This document shows, piece after piece, positions 20,842 through 30,907 of a stretch of 64,000 nt of DNA. Every line of letters begins with the position of its first letter. The stretch's first letter is position 1. The stretch spans positions 64,001 to 128,000 of the IMG/VR virus record IMGVR_UViG_3300029288_004944, one strand, 5' to 3'. The notes under the pieces are model-generated. The model did no database searches. It saw only the letters and a list, made by a program, of their open reading frames with translations, and was not told where the DNA came from. The stretch comes from a virus. Taxonomy: Duplodnaviria; Caudoviricetes. The translations under genes and the position numbers were made by a program.

Positions 20842-21739
20842 TTTGTTTTCTCCATTCATTTTGAAATTCCTGATTTGGAGGCAAACTATCCCATGGCTCC
20901 CATTGTCCCTTCCAATCAAAAAAATCTAACAGGATCTCCCATTTTAATCTAAAATAATTAAAAGCATCGTGTGTTAGGATCTTGCGAGAATCAATAAAAT
21001 TAGATCCCATAGAAGCATTCTTATGTTCAACTTCAACACCTTCTGCAATTGCTATTCTATAACCAACCAATCTACATAGTAAACTCAATTCAAAATCCTC
21101 TGTACCATAAAAATACCCCGGATCCCAAAACATACCCGGGGTTATAATGTGTCTCTCAAAATCGGCCAAATGCCTTAATTTCTCAGGATTAGCCGTAATT
21201 GATCTCATAACTGCTATCTTGTGTGTTAATTCCTCTTTACGACCGGCAAAATACTCAGAAACACGATTTATAACCTTTCTATGAACATATTGACACCACC
21301 CCATCATAATATCCACTTCTTTATAATTCGTGCGTTGTACCCTATAAGACTGCCCTGCATTGCCCATTGCACAGACCATCCCAACCTCAGGATACTCTAC
21401 ACTATATCTCAACATCTTAGATGTCCAATCATCTGTCTTAATAACCACATCAGAATCTAATCTAAATATATAATCCGTAGTACAAGCCAATAAACCCTGA
21501 TGATTTGCCACATTAACACCTAAATTCTCTTTATTTATAATCCGCTTCCTATCAATACCCAAACTATTGTCCTGCAACCGCCACTTATCTAAATATAACG
21601 AAATTTCAGGAGAAGCACCATTATCTATAATAATAAATTCATAAGGTGGTAAGGTATGACTCTCAACACTCTCTACAAATTCTTTAAAACCTTGTATGTC
21701 CAATGTTTTACAAACAGCAGCAAAAACAGATACTTTCAT
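20819..21739 (-). CDS. GT2-family glycosyltransferase
   Basis: IIIDNG, ENLGV, LDSD, GTEDFE, RLKW...WDSLPPN. Confidence 0.85.
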   Translation of the reverse strand: MKVSVFAAVCKTLDIQGFKEFVESVESHTLPPYEFIIIDNGASPEISLYLDKWRLQDNSLGIDRKRIINKENLGVNVANHQGLLACTTDYIFRLDSDVVIKTDDWTSKMLRYSVEYPEVGMVCAMGNAGQSYRVQRTNYKEVDIMMGWCQYVHRKVINRVSEYFAGRKEELTHKIAVMRSITANPEKLRHLADFERHIITPGMFWDPGYFYGTEDFELSLLCRLVGYRIAIAEGVEVEHKNASMGSNFIDSRKILTHDAFNYFRLKWEILLDFFDWKGQWEPWDSLPPNQEFQNEWRKQNEGKKNA

Positions 21740-22203
21740 TTTGTTACCTCTATGTCTATGCCAAAATCTTTTTCAACACATTTCATAACTTTAAATCCTA
21801 CCTCTTCCAAAGATTCTGAAATCTTTTTAGCATCAAAACCCTGCTTATGAAATTGACCTTCATCCTGTTGCCCACCAAAAATAGACATAACTTTTTGACT
21901 ATCCCATTCACCCAACTCACGTTTTCTTATAAACTCTTTCGCACAAGCAAAAAAATCCGGAATTTTGATCCATAAATATCCACCATACTTAAGCACTCTA
22001 TACCAATCTTTCCGAATTACATCCCACTCACGACGACTAAAATGCTCTACAATATTAAGAGCCTGCATCCAATCAACTGAATTATCAGGAAAAGGCAACG
22101 GCAATCTCAAATCATGTTTAAGATCTGCCTTGGAATTATACAAGTCTACATTGACGCCATCTTTCAATAAATCTTCCCCACAACCAAGATTAATTCGGCT
22201 CAT
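21736..22203 (-). CDS. Methyltransferase type 11 (third paralog)
   Basis: INLGCG, LPFPDNSVD, VEHF, YRVLKYGG. Confidence 0.85.
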   Translation of the reverse strand: MSRINLGCGEDLLKDGVNVDLYNSKADLKHDLRLPLPFPDNSVDWMQALNIVEHFSRREWDVIRKDWYRVLKYGGYLWIKIPDFFACAKEFIRKRELGEWDSQKVMSIFGGQQDEGQFHKQGFDAKKISESLEEVGFKVMKCVEKDFGIDIEVTK

Positions 22204-22216
22204 CCTTTCCCCTTAT

Positions 22217-22474
22217 TCATACTTTCCACATTGTAATGTTCATAACAGGTACACGTATAACCTCAATCTTATTCTCTTCCGTATTTTCTTGTCCTTCTAT
22301 TGTACGGTTTTCTTTAAAAACTAATCCGAATTCATCTATATCAGATAATGTTAAATTACAAAAAGGTCCAGCATCTTTAACCACTATAGCACGTATAGCC
22401 TCAGATTTACCAATATAGTTCCTAAAAAAATCCTCACGTTTCTTTTTTTCTAAATAATATTCTTTATCATACAT
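22217..22474 (-). CDS. Hypothetical protein
   Basis: 85-aa ORF in the gene run. Confidence 0.55.
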   Translation of the reverse strand: MYDKEYYLEKKKREDFFRNYIGKSEAIRAIVVKDAGPFCNLTLSDIDEFGLVFKENRTIEGQENTEENKIEVIRVPVMNITMWKV

Positions 22475-22476
22475 TT

Positions 22477-22851
22477 CTATACTCCACTATGATATTTTTT
22501 AACAGACAAATAAGGTAAAACATACTTTTTATAAGCCTTCACCACTTTTATATCTTCTTTATATTGCTCTTTTGCTTCATTTAGTGCATTTTTATACTCT
22601 TCTTTGTATGTCTTTAACAACCTTTCCGCATTGATACAGTATAGTCTGTAATGAAACTCATTGGAAGAAAGAGGTCTAACAGGCTCATACAAAGTACTAT
22701 CTAACTCGCCCCTAAAATCTCTATAACATCTTTCTGCATTACCAACTATTCTATCACATCTCTTAATAATGGGCTTCATTGCTTTTTCGTGGGCTTCGTC
22801 TGCTAATTCTATTATCTTTACAAACTTTTTAAATTCTTCCATTCTTCTCAT
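22477..22851 (-). CDS. Hypothetical protein
   Basis: 124-aa helical ORF. Confidence 0.55.
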   Translation of the reverse strand: MRRMEEFKKFVKIIELADEAHEKAMKPIIKRCDRIVGNAERCYRDFRGELDSTLYEPVRPLSSNEFHYRLYCINAERLLKTYKEEYKNALNEAKEQYKEDIKVVKAYKKYVLPYLSVKKYHSGV

Positions 22852-22870
22852 TGTTTATCCTTTTATCACC

Positions 22871-23041
22871 CTATTTCTTTATCCATACAGGATAACCATT
22901 ACCCGCCAACATTCCTTGCTCATATCCCAATTCAGCCATTCTTAAACATTTTTGTTTATCAACTATGATACCAAAACATATTCCAAATACTATACCAATA
23001 ATAATCAAATAAACAGCAATCATTTCTTTTAAATCGAACAT
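22871..23041 (-). CDS. Small membrane protein (not in the ORF track)
   Basis: MFDLKEMIAVYLIIIGIVFGICFGIIV...; 56 aa; GGGGG SD. Confidence 0.55.
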   Translation of the reverse strand: MFDLKEMIAVYLIIIGIVFGICFGIIVDKQKCLRMAELGYEQGMLAGNGYPVWIKK

Positions 23042-23053
23042 AACATCCCCCTT

Positions 23054-24055
23054 TTATTTTAACCCCAATTTCGTTCTTATCTTTGCCTCAATTTCTTTGC
23101 ATATATCTTTATTCTCTTTTAAATATGCTCTTGCATTTTCTTGTCCTTGTCCGATCTTTTGCCCATTATATGCAAGCCATGATCCACTCTTTTCTATTAT
23201 ACCCTGCTCTGTCCCTAAATCCAAAATACAACCCTCTTTTGATATGCCCTGCCCATAAATAATATCGAATTCCGCTTTTCTGAAAGGGGGAGCAACTTTA
23301 TTTTTCTTTACTGTCATTTTAACCCTATTACCTATTTCAATATCTCCATTTTTAATTGCTTCCACTCTTCTAATATCCAATCTTACCGATGCATAGAACT
23401 TTAAAGCCCTGCCACCGGGAGTTACTTCCGGATTACCAAACATCATACCGACTTTCTCTCTTAATTGATTAATAAATATCATACAAGTTTTTGTTTTACT
23501 TATAGAAGATGTTAATTTTCTCAAAGCCTGAGACATCAACCTTGCCTGCAAGGCCATCTGTTGATCACCCATTTCTCCTTCAATTTCTGCCCTTGGCACA
23601 AGTGCTGCAACCGAATCTAATACTACAACATCTACGGCTCCGCTATTTACAAGAGTCTCTACAATTTCCAATGCCTGTTCGGCGGAATCGGGCTGAGAAA
23701 CAAGGAGATCATCGATATTAACTCCAAGTTTTTGGGCATAGGAGGGGTCAAGGGCGTGTTCTACATCTATAAATGCCACAGAGCCTCCCAACTTTTGAGC
23801 CTCAGCAATAATATGCAAAGTTAGTGTCGTCTTGCCTGAAGCATCGGGACCAAATATCTCTACAACCCTGCCACGTGGAACACCACCAATACCAAGAGCC
23901 ACATCGAGCGTTAATGCTCCCGTAGGAATTGCCTCTACGTGTGCCACACGATTATCACCCAACTTCATTATTGAACCTTTTCCAAACTGTTTCTCTATCT
24001 CGGCAATCGCAATATCTAATACCTTACTCTTACCACCATCTTTTTCTTCTGTCAT
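23054..24055 (-). CDS. recA: Recombinase RecA (likely start 24055)
   Basis: [39 protein letters not shown]. Confidence 0.97.
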   Translation of the reverse strand: MTEEKDGGKSKVLDIAIAEIEKQFGKGSIMKLGDNRVAHVEAIPTGALTLDVALGIGGVPRGRVVEIFGPDASGKTTLTLHIIAEAQKLGGSVAFIDVEHALDPSYAQKLGVNIDDLLVSQPDSAEQALEIVETLVNSGAVDVVVLDSVAALVPRAEIEGEMGDQQMALQARLMSQALRKLTSSISKTKTCMIFINQLREKVGMMFGNPEVTPGGRALKFYASVRLDIRRVEAIKNGDIEIGNRVKMTVKKNKVAPPFRKAEFDIIYGQGISKEGCILDLGTEQGIIEKSGSWLAYNGQKIGQGQENARAYLKENKDICKEIEAKIRTKLGLK

Positions 24056-24071
24056 ATAATTTATTCCCCCT

Positions 24072-24246
24072 TTATCTCGTTCTATATCTCGGAAACCATC
24101 TCCTACCAATAAACTCTTGATAATGACAATGCTTACAAACTTTATAACAATTTAAAGCACACTTCTTTCCATCTAATATTATTGGTTCATTACAATATAT
24201 CCAATAGTGATTACAATGGAAGTTTCCCCCTTTTATATTTTTTCAT
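24072..24246 (-). pseudogene. Frameshifted Cys-rich microprotein
   Basis: SD plus ATG at 24246; a one-base shift in the A6 or G5 run joins it to ...GNFHCNHYWIYC...[11 protein letters not shown]... Confidence 0.4.
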
Positions 24247-24247
24247 T

Positions 24248-25135
24248 TTACCTCCTCGTTAAAAAACATATTATTATTGTCATTAAACCAACAATTATAA
24301 ACCAAATTAAATGATTCTTTTCTTTAAACCACTCGATAATATTATTCCACATATTTAAAAACCAATTAGATTTTATATTCTTAGACTTGGTATCCACAAG
24401 ATTCCACATATCATAAGCATATAAAGATATATAGTCATAACTAAGATAACAATATCCTTTATCACCAAATGAAGTTCCCCAACTATTCTTTACTTTAAAT
24501 AAATTTTTACTATCATCATACCCAACCACTGTCAAAGCATGCCCCCCAACACAACCTTCTTTTGAAGTATCGGGTAATGGAACAAGACCATCACTATTTG
24601 TATTAAAAAAACTATCATAAAGAGCCACAGCAATAAAAGCAGGTCCGTGTTCATATATGGATTGCTTTAACTCATCCACATTATTTATTCTCGCATATGC
24701 ACTTATTCTATAATTATATGCTTCATCTTTTAATATTTTTATCTTTTCTTGTGTTATCCTTGAAGCATTACTTAAACTATATGGCAAACTTAATTCCAAA
24801 CAATCTCCATTACTAACAAGAAAATCCATTGCATCCCTTGGGTACATTCCGTCAATACCAAGATCAGGCCTTTGAAGATATATCCAATCAGGCGAAAAAA
24901 TCAAATTTTCCTTAATATCAATCTTCTCTTCATATTCTTTAATTGCGGACAGTGCAAATGCTACACAAGATCCTTTTTGCCCCTGATCTCTTACTGACTG
25001 CATTTGAGATGTATAATCTATCAATGATGGAATTTGCAAAATATCTTTAACAAAATAATCTGCTATCTTGTAATCTCTATTATCTATTTTGTCTTTTAAA
25101 GCACCTAATGAATATTTATTTTTTTTCTCCAACAT
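24248..25135 (-). CDS. Papain-like C1 cysteine peptidase with C-terminal membrane anchor
   Basis: DQGQKGSCVAF, GGHA, KNSWG; terminal hydrophobic helix. Confidence 0.9.
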   Translation of the reverse strand: MLEKKNKYSLGALKDKIDNRDYKIADYFVKDILQIPSLIDYTSQMQSVRDQGQKGSCVAFALSAIKEYEEKIDIKENLIFSPDWIYLQRPDLGIDGMYPRDAMDFLVSNGDCLELSLPYSLSNASRITQEKIKILKDEAYNYRISAYARINNVDELKQSIYEHGPAFIAVALYDSFFNTNSDGLVPLPDTSKEGCVGGHALTVVGYDDSKNLFKVKNSWGTSFGDKGYCYLSYDYISLYAYDMWNLVDTKSKNIKSNWFLNMWNNIIEWFKEKNHLIWFIIVGLMTIIICFLTRR

Positions 25136-25484
25136 TATTTACTCCTCTTTTTTCATTTACTTCAAATATTATTTCTCTTTCTTTATCATATTTACACCAA
25201 TCTTCACAAACAGAGGAATTTAAATAAAGATTTATTTCTGGAAATTTATCCCACAATGCTTTCTCTACTAAAATTTCTCTATCTGAAATTTTTGTACTAA
25301 ATACAGCATCATAATCCTCTTCATTTGTAAGTACCTCAATATATACATCAAGGTTATTACTCTGCATAATAATACAATTTAGCAAGGGAAGATCTTTAAA
25401 TTGATTTATTACAAGATTTTTAATTTCTTCTTTTACGCCTTCCAACCTTTCAAGACATTCTTTACAAAGAATACCCATATTCAC
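25116..25484 (-). CDS. Hypothetical protein
   Basis: 122-aa ORF. Confidence 0.55.
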   Translation of the reverse strand: MNMGILCKECLERLEGVKEEIKNLVINQFKDLPLLNCIIMQSNNLDVYIEVLTNEEDYDAVFSTKISDREILVEKALWDKFPEINLYLNSSVCEDWCKYDKEREIIFEVNEKRGVNNVGEKK

Positions 25485-25485
25485 C

Positions 25486-25596
25486 TCATTTTTTATCTCT
25501 TATACTACCACATTTCCTACATTGCCACTTTAAACCTTTTTTAACCGTTTTCCATCTGTTATTTCCACAAGTACAAGGCTCATTTTTACTTTTCAT
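25486..25596 (-). CDS. Zinc-ribbon microprotein (not in the ORF track)
   Basis: MKSKNEPCTCG...WQCRKCG; strong GGAGG SD. Confidence 0.55.
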   Translation of the reverse strand: MKSKNEPCTCGNNRWKTVKKGLKWQCRKCGSIRDKK

Positions 25597-25609
25597 ACTA
25601 TCCTCCCCC

Positions 25610-26677
25610 TTATAAATATAACTCTCTCAATTTATTTTCATTCTTTTCTACCCACTCAATAATCTGATCATAACCTAAATCGATTCCAACACGTGGTTTC
25701 CATCCTGTATATTGTTCAATCTTCCTATTGTCTGAAATATATATGCAGTGATCGGCTTTCCTGTGTTGTGGCTCATATTCCACTTTTTTATTAATCCCAA
25801 ATTTATCTTTTAACAAATTTGTGGCTTCTATTAGTGATAACGTATTCTTTGCCCCTCCCCCCGCGTTAAATACCTGCCCTGCGCACTTATCTATATTTTG
25901 AATTTCCAAATCAACAAGATTACAAATATCATCAATAAATAACACATCTCTAACTTGTTTACCATTCCATCCAATATACTTTAATGGTAATTGCAACTGA
26001 AATGCTATCGCCCACCATGCAACCCATCCCTGATCCGATATGCCCCATTGCCTTGGGCCTGCAAGACAACTCCATCTATTAACAACCGTCTTTACTCCAA
26101 ACGCATCATAATACTCTTGACACATTAAATCAGACATAATCTTTGATAATCCATATATACTATGCTGCCCACCATCAACACTAAATTCATTTGAAAATCC
26201 ATAATCAGGATTAAATCCTGCCACAATATCTGACGTCATTGCTTCATCCCACACCCACCTTGTCGCCAATTCTTTTCTTGGGAAAGCATTGATCCTATCA
26301 CCTGAAAAGGTTTTATTAGTCGACCAAAATATTAAAGCACTTCCGTGCTTACGACAAAATTCCAACACATTCATAACCCCGGGAATAGTATTATTAGCAA
26401 GATCATACACCGGATTACCATATCCTAACGTTGCCGATGGTTGAGCAGAACACTCACAAATCACATCTATATTGTGAGGTAATTTATTAAAATCTTCCAT
26501 ACACCTAATATCCCCATGTATAAATGTAATATTACGCTTCTTAAAATCAGGCAAGTTAAATTCCCCACCTCTCCTCACTAAATTATCCATTACAATAACA
26601 TCATTGCCTTTTTCTTGAAAATAAGTCGCCAAATTTGCACCAACAAATCCTGCTCCACCGGTAATTAAAATTTTCAC
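25610..26677 (-). CDS. NAD-dependent epimerase, CDP-paratose 2-epimerase (RfbE)-like
   Basis: TGGAGFVG, STNK, YGLSK, DQGWV, GKQVRD. Confidence 0.85.
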   Translation of the reverse strand: MKILITGGAGFVGANLATYFQEKGNDVIVMDNLVRRGGEFNLPDFKKRNITFIHGDIRCMEDFNKLPHNIDVICECSAQPSATLGYGNPVYDLANNTIPGVMNVLEFCRKHGSALIFWSTNKTFSGDRINAFPRKELATRWVWDEAMTSDIVAGFNPDYGFSNEFSVDGGQHSIYGLSKIMSDLMCQEYYDAFGVKTVVNRWSCLAGPRQWGISDQGWVAWWAIAFQLQLPLKYIGWNGKQVRDVLFIDDICNLVDLEIQNIDKCAGQVFNAGGGAKNTLSLIEATNLLKDKFGINKKVEYEPQHRKADHCIYISDNRKIEQYTGWKPRVGIDLGYDQIIEWVEKNENKLRELYL

Positions 26678-26883
26678 TCTAAGCCTCCTATTTTTATTTC
26701 TTCTAAAAATTCATGACAATTACCACAATACTTATATTTAATATCATTTGGATTATAACTTGTCATTCCACAAACATTGCAAGTTATACTATTACCATTG
26801 ATCCTATACAATAAACTATTATTCTTCATTATCAACTTTCTAAAACATCTAATAACAAAATCTTTTAATTTCCCACACTTCAT
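26674..26883 (-). CDS. Small zinc-finger protein
   Basis: CNVCGMTSYNPND...YCGNCH. Confidence 0.6.
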   Translation of the reverse strand: MKCGKLKDFVIRCFRKLIMKNNSLLYRINGNSITCNVCGMTSYNPNDIKYKYCGNCHEFLEEIKIGGLE

Positions 26884-27034
26884 TTTTTCTCCAATTCTTT
26901 CGGCTCATTTATCTTTCTTACTATTTCCATTAATTTATTAACCACATCAACTACATACTTTTCAGAAGCCTCTGTTTTTATTTTCAAGCCTGCTCTCAAT
27001 AAGGGATGCTTTACTTCAATATAATATTTATTAT

Positions 27035-27877
27035 TCATTTTTTCTCCATATCCCCAGAAACAAAGGGTATTTCTTCCCAATCATGATTTTTCCTTATTTT
27101 AAGATTTTTTTCATGCACAGATTTCAGTAAACTGTAATCCAAATCAAGATCTTTATATAAACCCATAAGAGCAACCATGTCCTTATAAAAACATTTTCCA
27201 CCATATCCCTTAGATGTAGTTACGTCTAAATGTGAATCATGTATTCTTTTGTCTGCTACCACCATTTTTTTAACTTCTTCATATTTAATTCCCAATTTCT
27301 CACACAAAGCATACATCTCATTTGCAAAAATAACCTTTGTAGACAAAAAACAGTTAGCCATATATTTTACCATTTCAGCCGTAGTTAGATCAGTACCAAA
27401 TATGGGAGTCTTTGAAAACCCATGCATTCTATATAAATCCATAACTCTAATTCTCACTCTATCATTATCTGATCCTACCACTACCCTATCCGTATTCACA
27501 AAATCTTCCAAATAATTGGCCTCAGTTAAAAACTCAGGATTAAAACAAAAATTACAATCAGGATATTTTTTAGAATAATTGCGTGTTGTGCCAGGAACAA
27601 CTGTTGACTTAATTGTAATAATCTTATCCGTACTTTTAGCATAATATGAAATTTCCTCCATATTCTCATCTATAATAGATAGATCAATCTTATTATCTTT
27701 ATACAGAGTAGGTAGACACACAAAAATATGTTCAGCAAACTTTACCACACTTTCAAGAGTGTCAGATTCCTGAAACTTATCATAATATTTTATATCACAA
27801 AACTTCTTAAACCCATACTCGACAGCATTCCCGACAATTCCTTTGCCAATAATCCCTATATTCTTACCTGCAATCAT
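27035..27877 (-). CDS. UDP-glucose/GDP-mannose dehydrogenase family, short form
   Basis: GKGIVG, KSTVVPG, NPEFL, AEMVKY, GYGGKCF; C-terminal domain absent. Confidence 0.88.
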   Translation of the reverse strand: MIAGKNIGIIGKGIVGNAVEYGFKKFCDIKYYDKFQESDTLESVVKFAEHIFVCLPTLYKDNKIDLSIIDENMEEISYYAKSTDKIITIKSTVVPGTTRNYSKKYPDCNFCFNPEFLTEANYLEDFVNTDRVVVGSDNDRVRIRVMDLYRMHGFSKTPIFGTDLTTAEMVKYMANCFLSTKVIFANEMYALCEKLGIKYEEVKKMVVADKRIHDSHLDVTTSKGYGGKCFYKDMVALMGLYKDLDLDYSLLKSVHEKNLKIRKNHDWEEIPFVSGDMEKK

Positions 27878-28842
27878 TACACTCCTCCTCTATGAAATTC
27901 CGGAAAAATATCATACACACACCAATCATTCGTTGTTTTCAATTGTTCAATAGTCTTTTTATACGCATTAATGTCTCTACCATACAACCACTTCATATAA
28001 ATCTTCATAAACCCCGTATTTATAGGTATTGTTCCCCATAACGTTGCCCAACCATTAATTCCGGTTTTTAATCCATAAGTCTTATCTACATCCCAAAAAT
28101 TACACAATCTTGACCATTTGGCCCTAAAATAATTAGCCGACTTATTAGCCCAAGCATCTCTATTGGGATTCCATCCGGCCTTATTACTTGCCTCTTTATG
28201 TATAGCCACAACATCTTTGATCATGGCAAGATCTTTTCCTGACCACCTAACAGCAAGAGAATAATCAAAATCTTCAAATCCATAAAAATAATTAGGATCG
28301 GCGTATCCTCCACCACCATTTAAATATTCTCCTGTAGATATTGAATCATCATTCATTATAGAATAAAAATTATTCATATAATCAATTGTCTTGCGTGGGA
28401 TTAACATACAATAGGTAATCAAAATATCCGTATTTATATAATCACCCATATCGATCTGATTACCGTGAGCATAGCTATAAGTACCAACAATACCAACATT
28501 TTCTGAATGCTTTTCATAGCATTCAATTAATTTTTGATCCCATTCTTCTTTTATGTCAATATCCGTATCACATCTTAATATATATTCACATTGGGCTTTT
28601 TTCATTGCCAAATTCATACCTTTGCCCAAACCAATATTTGCTCTGTTAGTTATTACTTTAATTTTATCATTTTTTAGACTGTTAAGATATTTAGATATTG
28701 AACCATCTTCGCTATTATCAGAAATAACGATCTCATAGGGATTTTTAGTATATTTTGGAATATCGGAAATAAACTTATAAAAATCTTCACGCAGTACGTG
28801 TTCCACAGCACAAATAGAAACTTTTGGAAATGTATACGGCAT
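27877..28842 (-). CDS. GT2-family glycosyltransferase
   Basis: ISDN, NIGLGKGMN, CDTD, GFEDFD, RAKW. Confidence 0.85.
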   Translation of the reverse strand: MPYTFPKVSICAVEHVLREDFYKFISDIPKYTKNPYEIVISDNSEDGSISKYLNSLKNDKIKVITNRANIGLGKGMNLAMKKAQCEYILRCDTDIDIKEEWDQKLIECYEKHSENVGIVGTYSYAHGNQIDMGDYINTDILITYCMLIPRKTIDYMNNFYSIMNDDSISTGEYLNGGGGYADPNYFYGFEDFDYSLAVRWSGKDLAMIKDVVAIHKEASNKAGWNPNRDAWANKSANYFRAKWSRLCNFWDVDKTYGLKTGINGWATLWGTIPINTGFMKIYMKWLYGRDINAYKKTIEQLKTTNDWCVYDIFPEFHRGGV

Positions 28843-28869
28843 TTATTCTCCTTTCTTTCAAACAATTAT

Positions 28870-28898
28870 AGTATAGCATACAAATTATCATTTGTCAA
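28870..28898 (-). promoter_or_regulatory. Sigma70 promoter TTGACA-N17-TATACT (TG extended)
   Basis: TTGACAAATGATAATTTGTATGCTATACT. Confidence 0.8.
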
Positions 28899-28904
28899 AT
28901 TATC

Positions 28905-29201
28905 TTAACTTTTATTAATAGAAACAGTAAAACCAAAGCCTACGATTGTAATAATAACACCCACCCAAAATAAAATTGGAACAAGAAAAATTCTAACAAT
29001 TCCAAATGCAATTCCACTGCTTAACATTGGATGTTGCTGAACAGAATCTACTAACATCTTTATACCACCGTACCCTGCCCACATCAATGAAAAGAAAATA
29101 ATCGTTATCAAACCTAAGAACATAATCAACAATCCAAGCAATGTAGCAATTCTATCCCAATTTCTCTTTCTTTTATATGCCTTCATATTTACTTCGAGCA
29201 T
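28905..29201 (-). CDS. Two-TM membrane protein
   Basis: Two long hydrophobic segments. Confidence 0.65.
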   Translation of the reverse strand: MLEVNMKAYKRKRNWDRIATLLGLLIMFLGLITIIFFSLMWAGYGGIKMLVDSVQQHPMLSSGIAFGIVRIFLVPILFWVGVIITIVGFGFTVSINKS

Positions 29202-29214
29202 TTTACCTCCATTT

Positions 29215-29487
29215 TTATTTTAAATATTTTTTGCTCCATTTGCCATATCTTGAAAAAAGCATCATACATATGTTAGAAATATCTACCAACTCCAACAAAA
29301 ATTTATCACTTTTCTCTCCCTCTATATTTCTCCATTCGAGATATTCTTCATCAAGTTTCTTTTCAAGAAAAGACATATCATTTAAACTGTCATCCCAACC
29401 ACTTTTATGTCCATCATGCAATCTTAACACTTGCTCCATCTTCTCTGCAAATCTTTTTACAGCAGGCCTTAATACTATTTTACTCAT
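29215..29487 (-). CDS. MazG-like all-alpha NTP pyrophosphatase-like protein
   Basis: KLDEEYLE...ELVDISN acidic motif pattern. Confidence 0.5.
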   Translation of the reverse strand: MSKIVLRPAVKRFAEKMEQVLRLHDGHKSGWDDSLNDMSFLEKKLDEEYLEWRNIEGEKSDKFLLELVDISNICMMLFSRYGKWSKKYLK

Positions 29488-29777
29488 TTATCCCCCTTAG
29501 TTAGACTAAAAGTCCTAACATTTTTCAAATACTCATATTTACCGGTTTTTGCTAATGCCTCTAACTTTTCATCAATAGCACTAACCAATTTAGCCTTATT
29601 CTCATTTGCGGCCCTACTTGATTTATCCCATTCGGCAATTTTTTTAAGATCAGGATTACTTTTCTTGTGCTCATCTACTTTAAAATGTTCAAAATCTCTA
29701 ACCTTTAATATCTCAATAGTAAGCCTCTCCATTAAAAATCCAACTCCCTCAACACCGATCAATGATTTACTCTTCAT
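29484..29777 (-). CDS. Hypothetical protein
   Basis: 97-aa helical ORF. Confidence 0.55.
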   Translation of the reverse strand: MKSKSLIGVEGVGFLMERLTIEILKVRDFEHFKVDEHKKSNPDLKKIAEWDKSSRAANENKAKLVSAIDEKLEALAKTGKYEYLKNVRTFSLTKGDK

Positions 29778-30055
29778 AGTTCCTTATCTCCCTTTTTAAA
29801 ATATTTATCAAAATTCTTATCATCTGTATACCATTTTTCTAACTCAAAAAAACCACATTCTTCGGCGCAAGCCAAACCATCCCAAGATCTTATTCTACTC
29901 CCATCACAAAACTTGCTCTTCTTATTATCACACCTCACTTCTCCATCAAACGATTGTTTATGTTTACACCAATGACAATGCATTCCATTCTTATTGCCGA
30001 GCCACGACATTGCAACTTTTGACCATTTTTCAGAAATTTTATTTACTTTTCTCAT
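29774..30055 (-). CDS. Cys-rich hypothetical protein
   Basis: CHWC...C...C...CAEEC. Confidence 0.55.
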   Translation of the reverse strand: MRKVNKISEKWSKVAMSWLGNKNGMHCHWCKHKQSFDGEVRCDNKKSKFCDGSRIRSWDGLACAEECGFFELEKWYTDDKNFDKYFKKGDKEL

Positions 30056-30894
30056 CTCATTACTCCAGGAGATGCATCCTTCAACTCATTATCTTCTGGC
30101 AACTTGCCACCACATATGGGAACACCATCATACATATTTGGGCTTGGATTAAATAACTTCCCCATTTTATGAGCATTCATATATTTGGCATATGTTTTAT
30201 ATTTATTTGTTCCCTCCAATCCCAATATTGGATTTATATCAAGCATTTTATTTTCAAACGAAGGATGGTTACATACAATCCAACCTGCTTGCTGTAAAGA
30301 TCCGTACCAAAACACAGGAGCCATTATACCACGAGTATCCATAAATCCAACATCTTTGATCGCAGACTTACGCATTAACTGACTATGTCCATTAAATCCG
30401 TGACCTTGTTTATTACAAATAAGTATTGTCTTTCCATTTTCAGTTAAAACTCTCGCAGGATCCATTTTAACCACATTATCAAAAAATGGTTTACCATCAG
30501 CAGTCATAATTAATCCTGTCTTAGGTATAGCATCCATTATATCCTCATATTCTTTTAACCATTCTTTTTCCACTATGATATCGTTTAACACTCTACCATA
30601 ATATTGAATATCCTCTCTATCCATATATTTCTGCCAAAATTCATTCACAGGCCTCGCATACAGTTCGTTCTTATCATAAAAAGTGTAATGAACTTCTATG
30701 TAAGGATATTCTCTTTCAAGAAAAGAACTTTCCTGTAAATACTTTAAAAATTCAGCAGTTCCGTCCATTGATCCATTATCTACAATTTCAAGTACATGAG
30801 GATTTGTAGTGTTTTGCAAATAATTCCATAATACGGTCTTTGTATACTCAACTCTATTAAAATTTAGAAATAGTACAGCACTTTTTTTATCCAC
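30052..30894 (-). CDS. GT2-like protein, FNRVEY paralog family
   Basis: FNRVEY, DNGSMDGT, LND, EGTNKYKTY, NMY. Confidence 0.72.
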   Translation of the reverse strand: MDKKSAVLFLNFNRVEYTKTVLWNYLQNTTNPHVLEIVDNGSMDGTAEFLKYLQESSFLEREYPYIEVHYTFYDKNELYARPVNEFWQKYMDREDIQYYGRVLNDIIVEKEWLKEYEDIMDAIPKTGLIMTADGKPFFDNVVKMDPARVLTENGKTILICNKQGHGFNGHSQLMRKSAIKDVGFMDTRGIMAPVFWYGSLQQAGWIVCNHPSFENKMLDINPILGLEGTNKYKTYAKYMNAHKMGKLFNPSPNMYDGVPICGGKLPEDNELKDASPGVMR

Positions 30895-30907
30895 ACAACC
30901 TCCCTAT

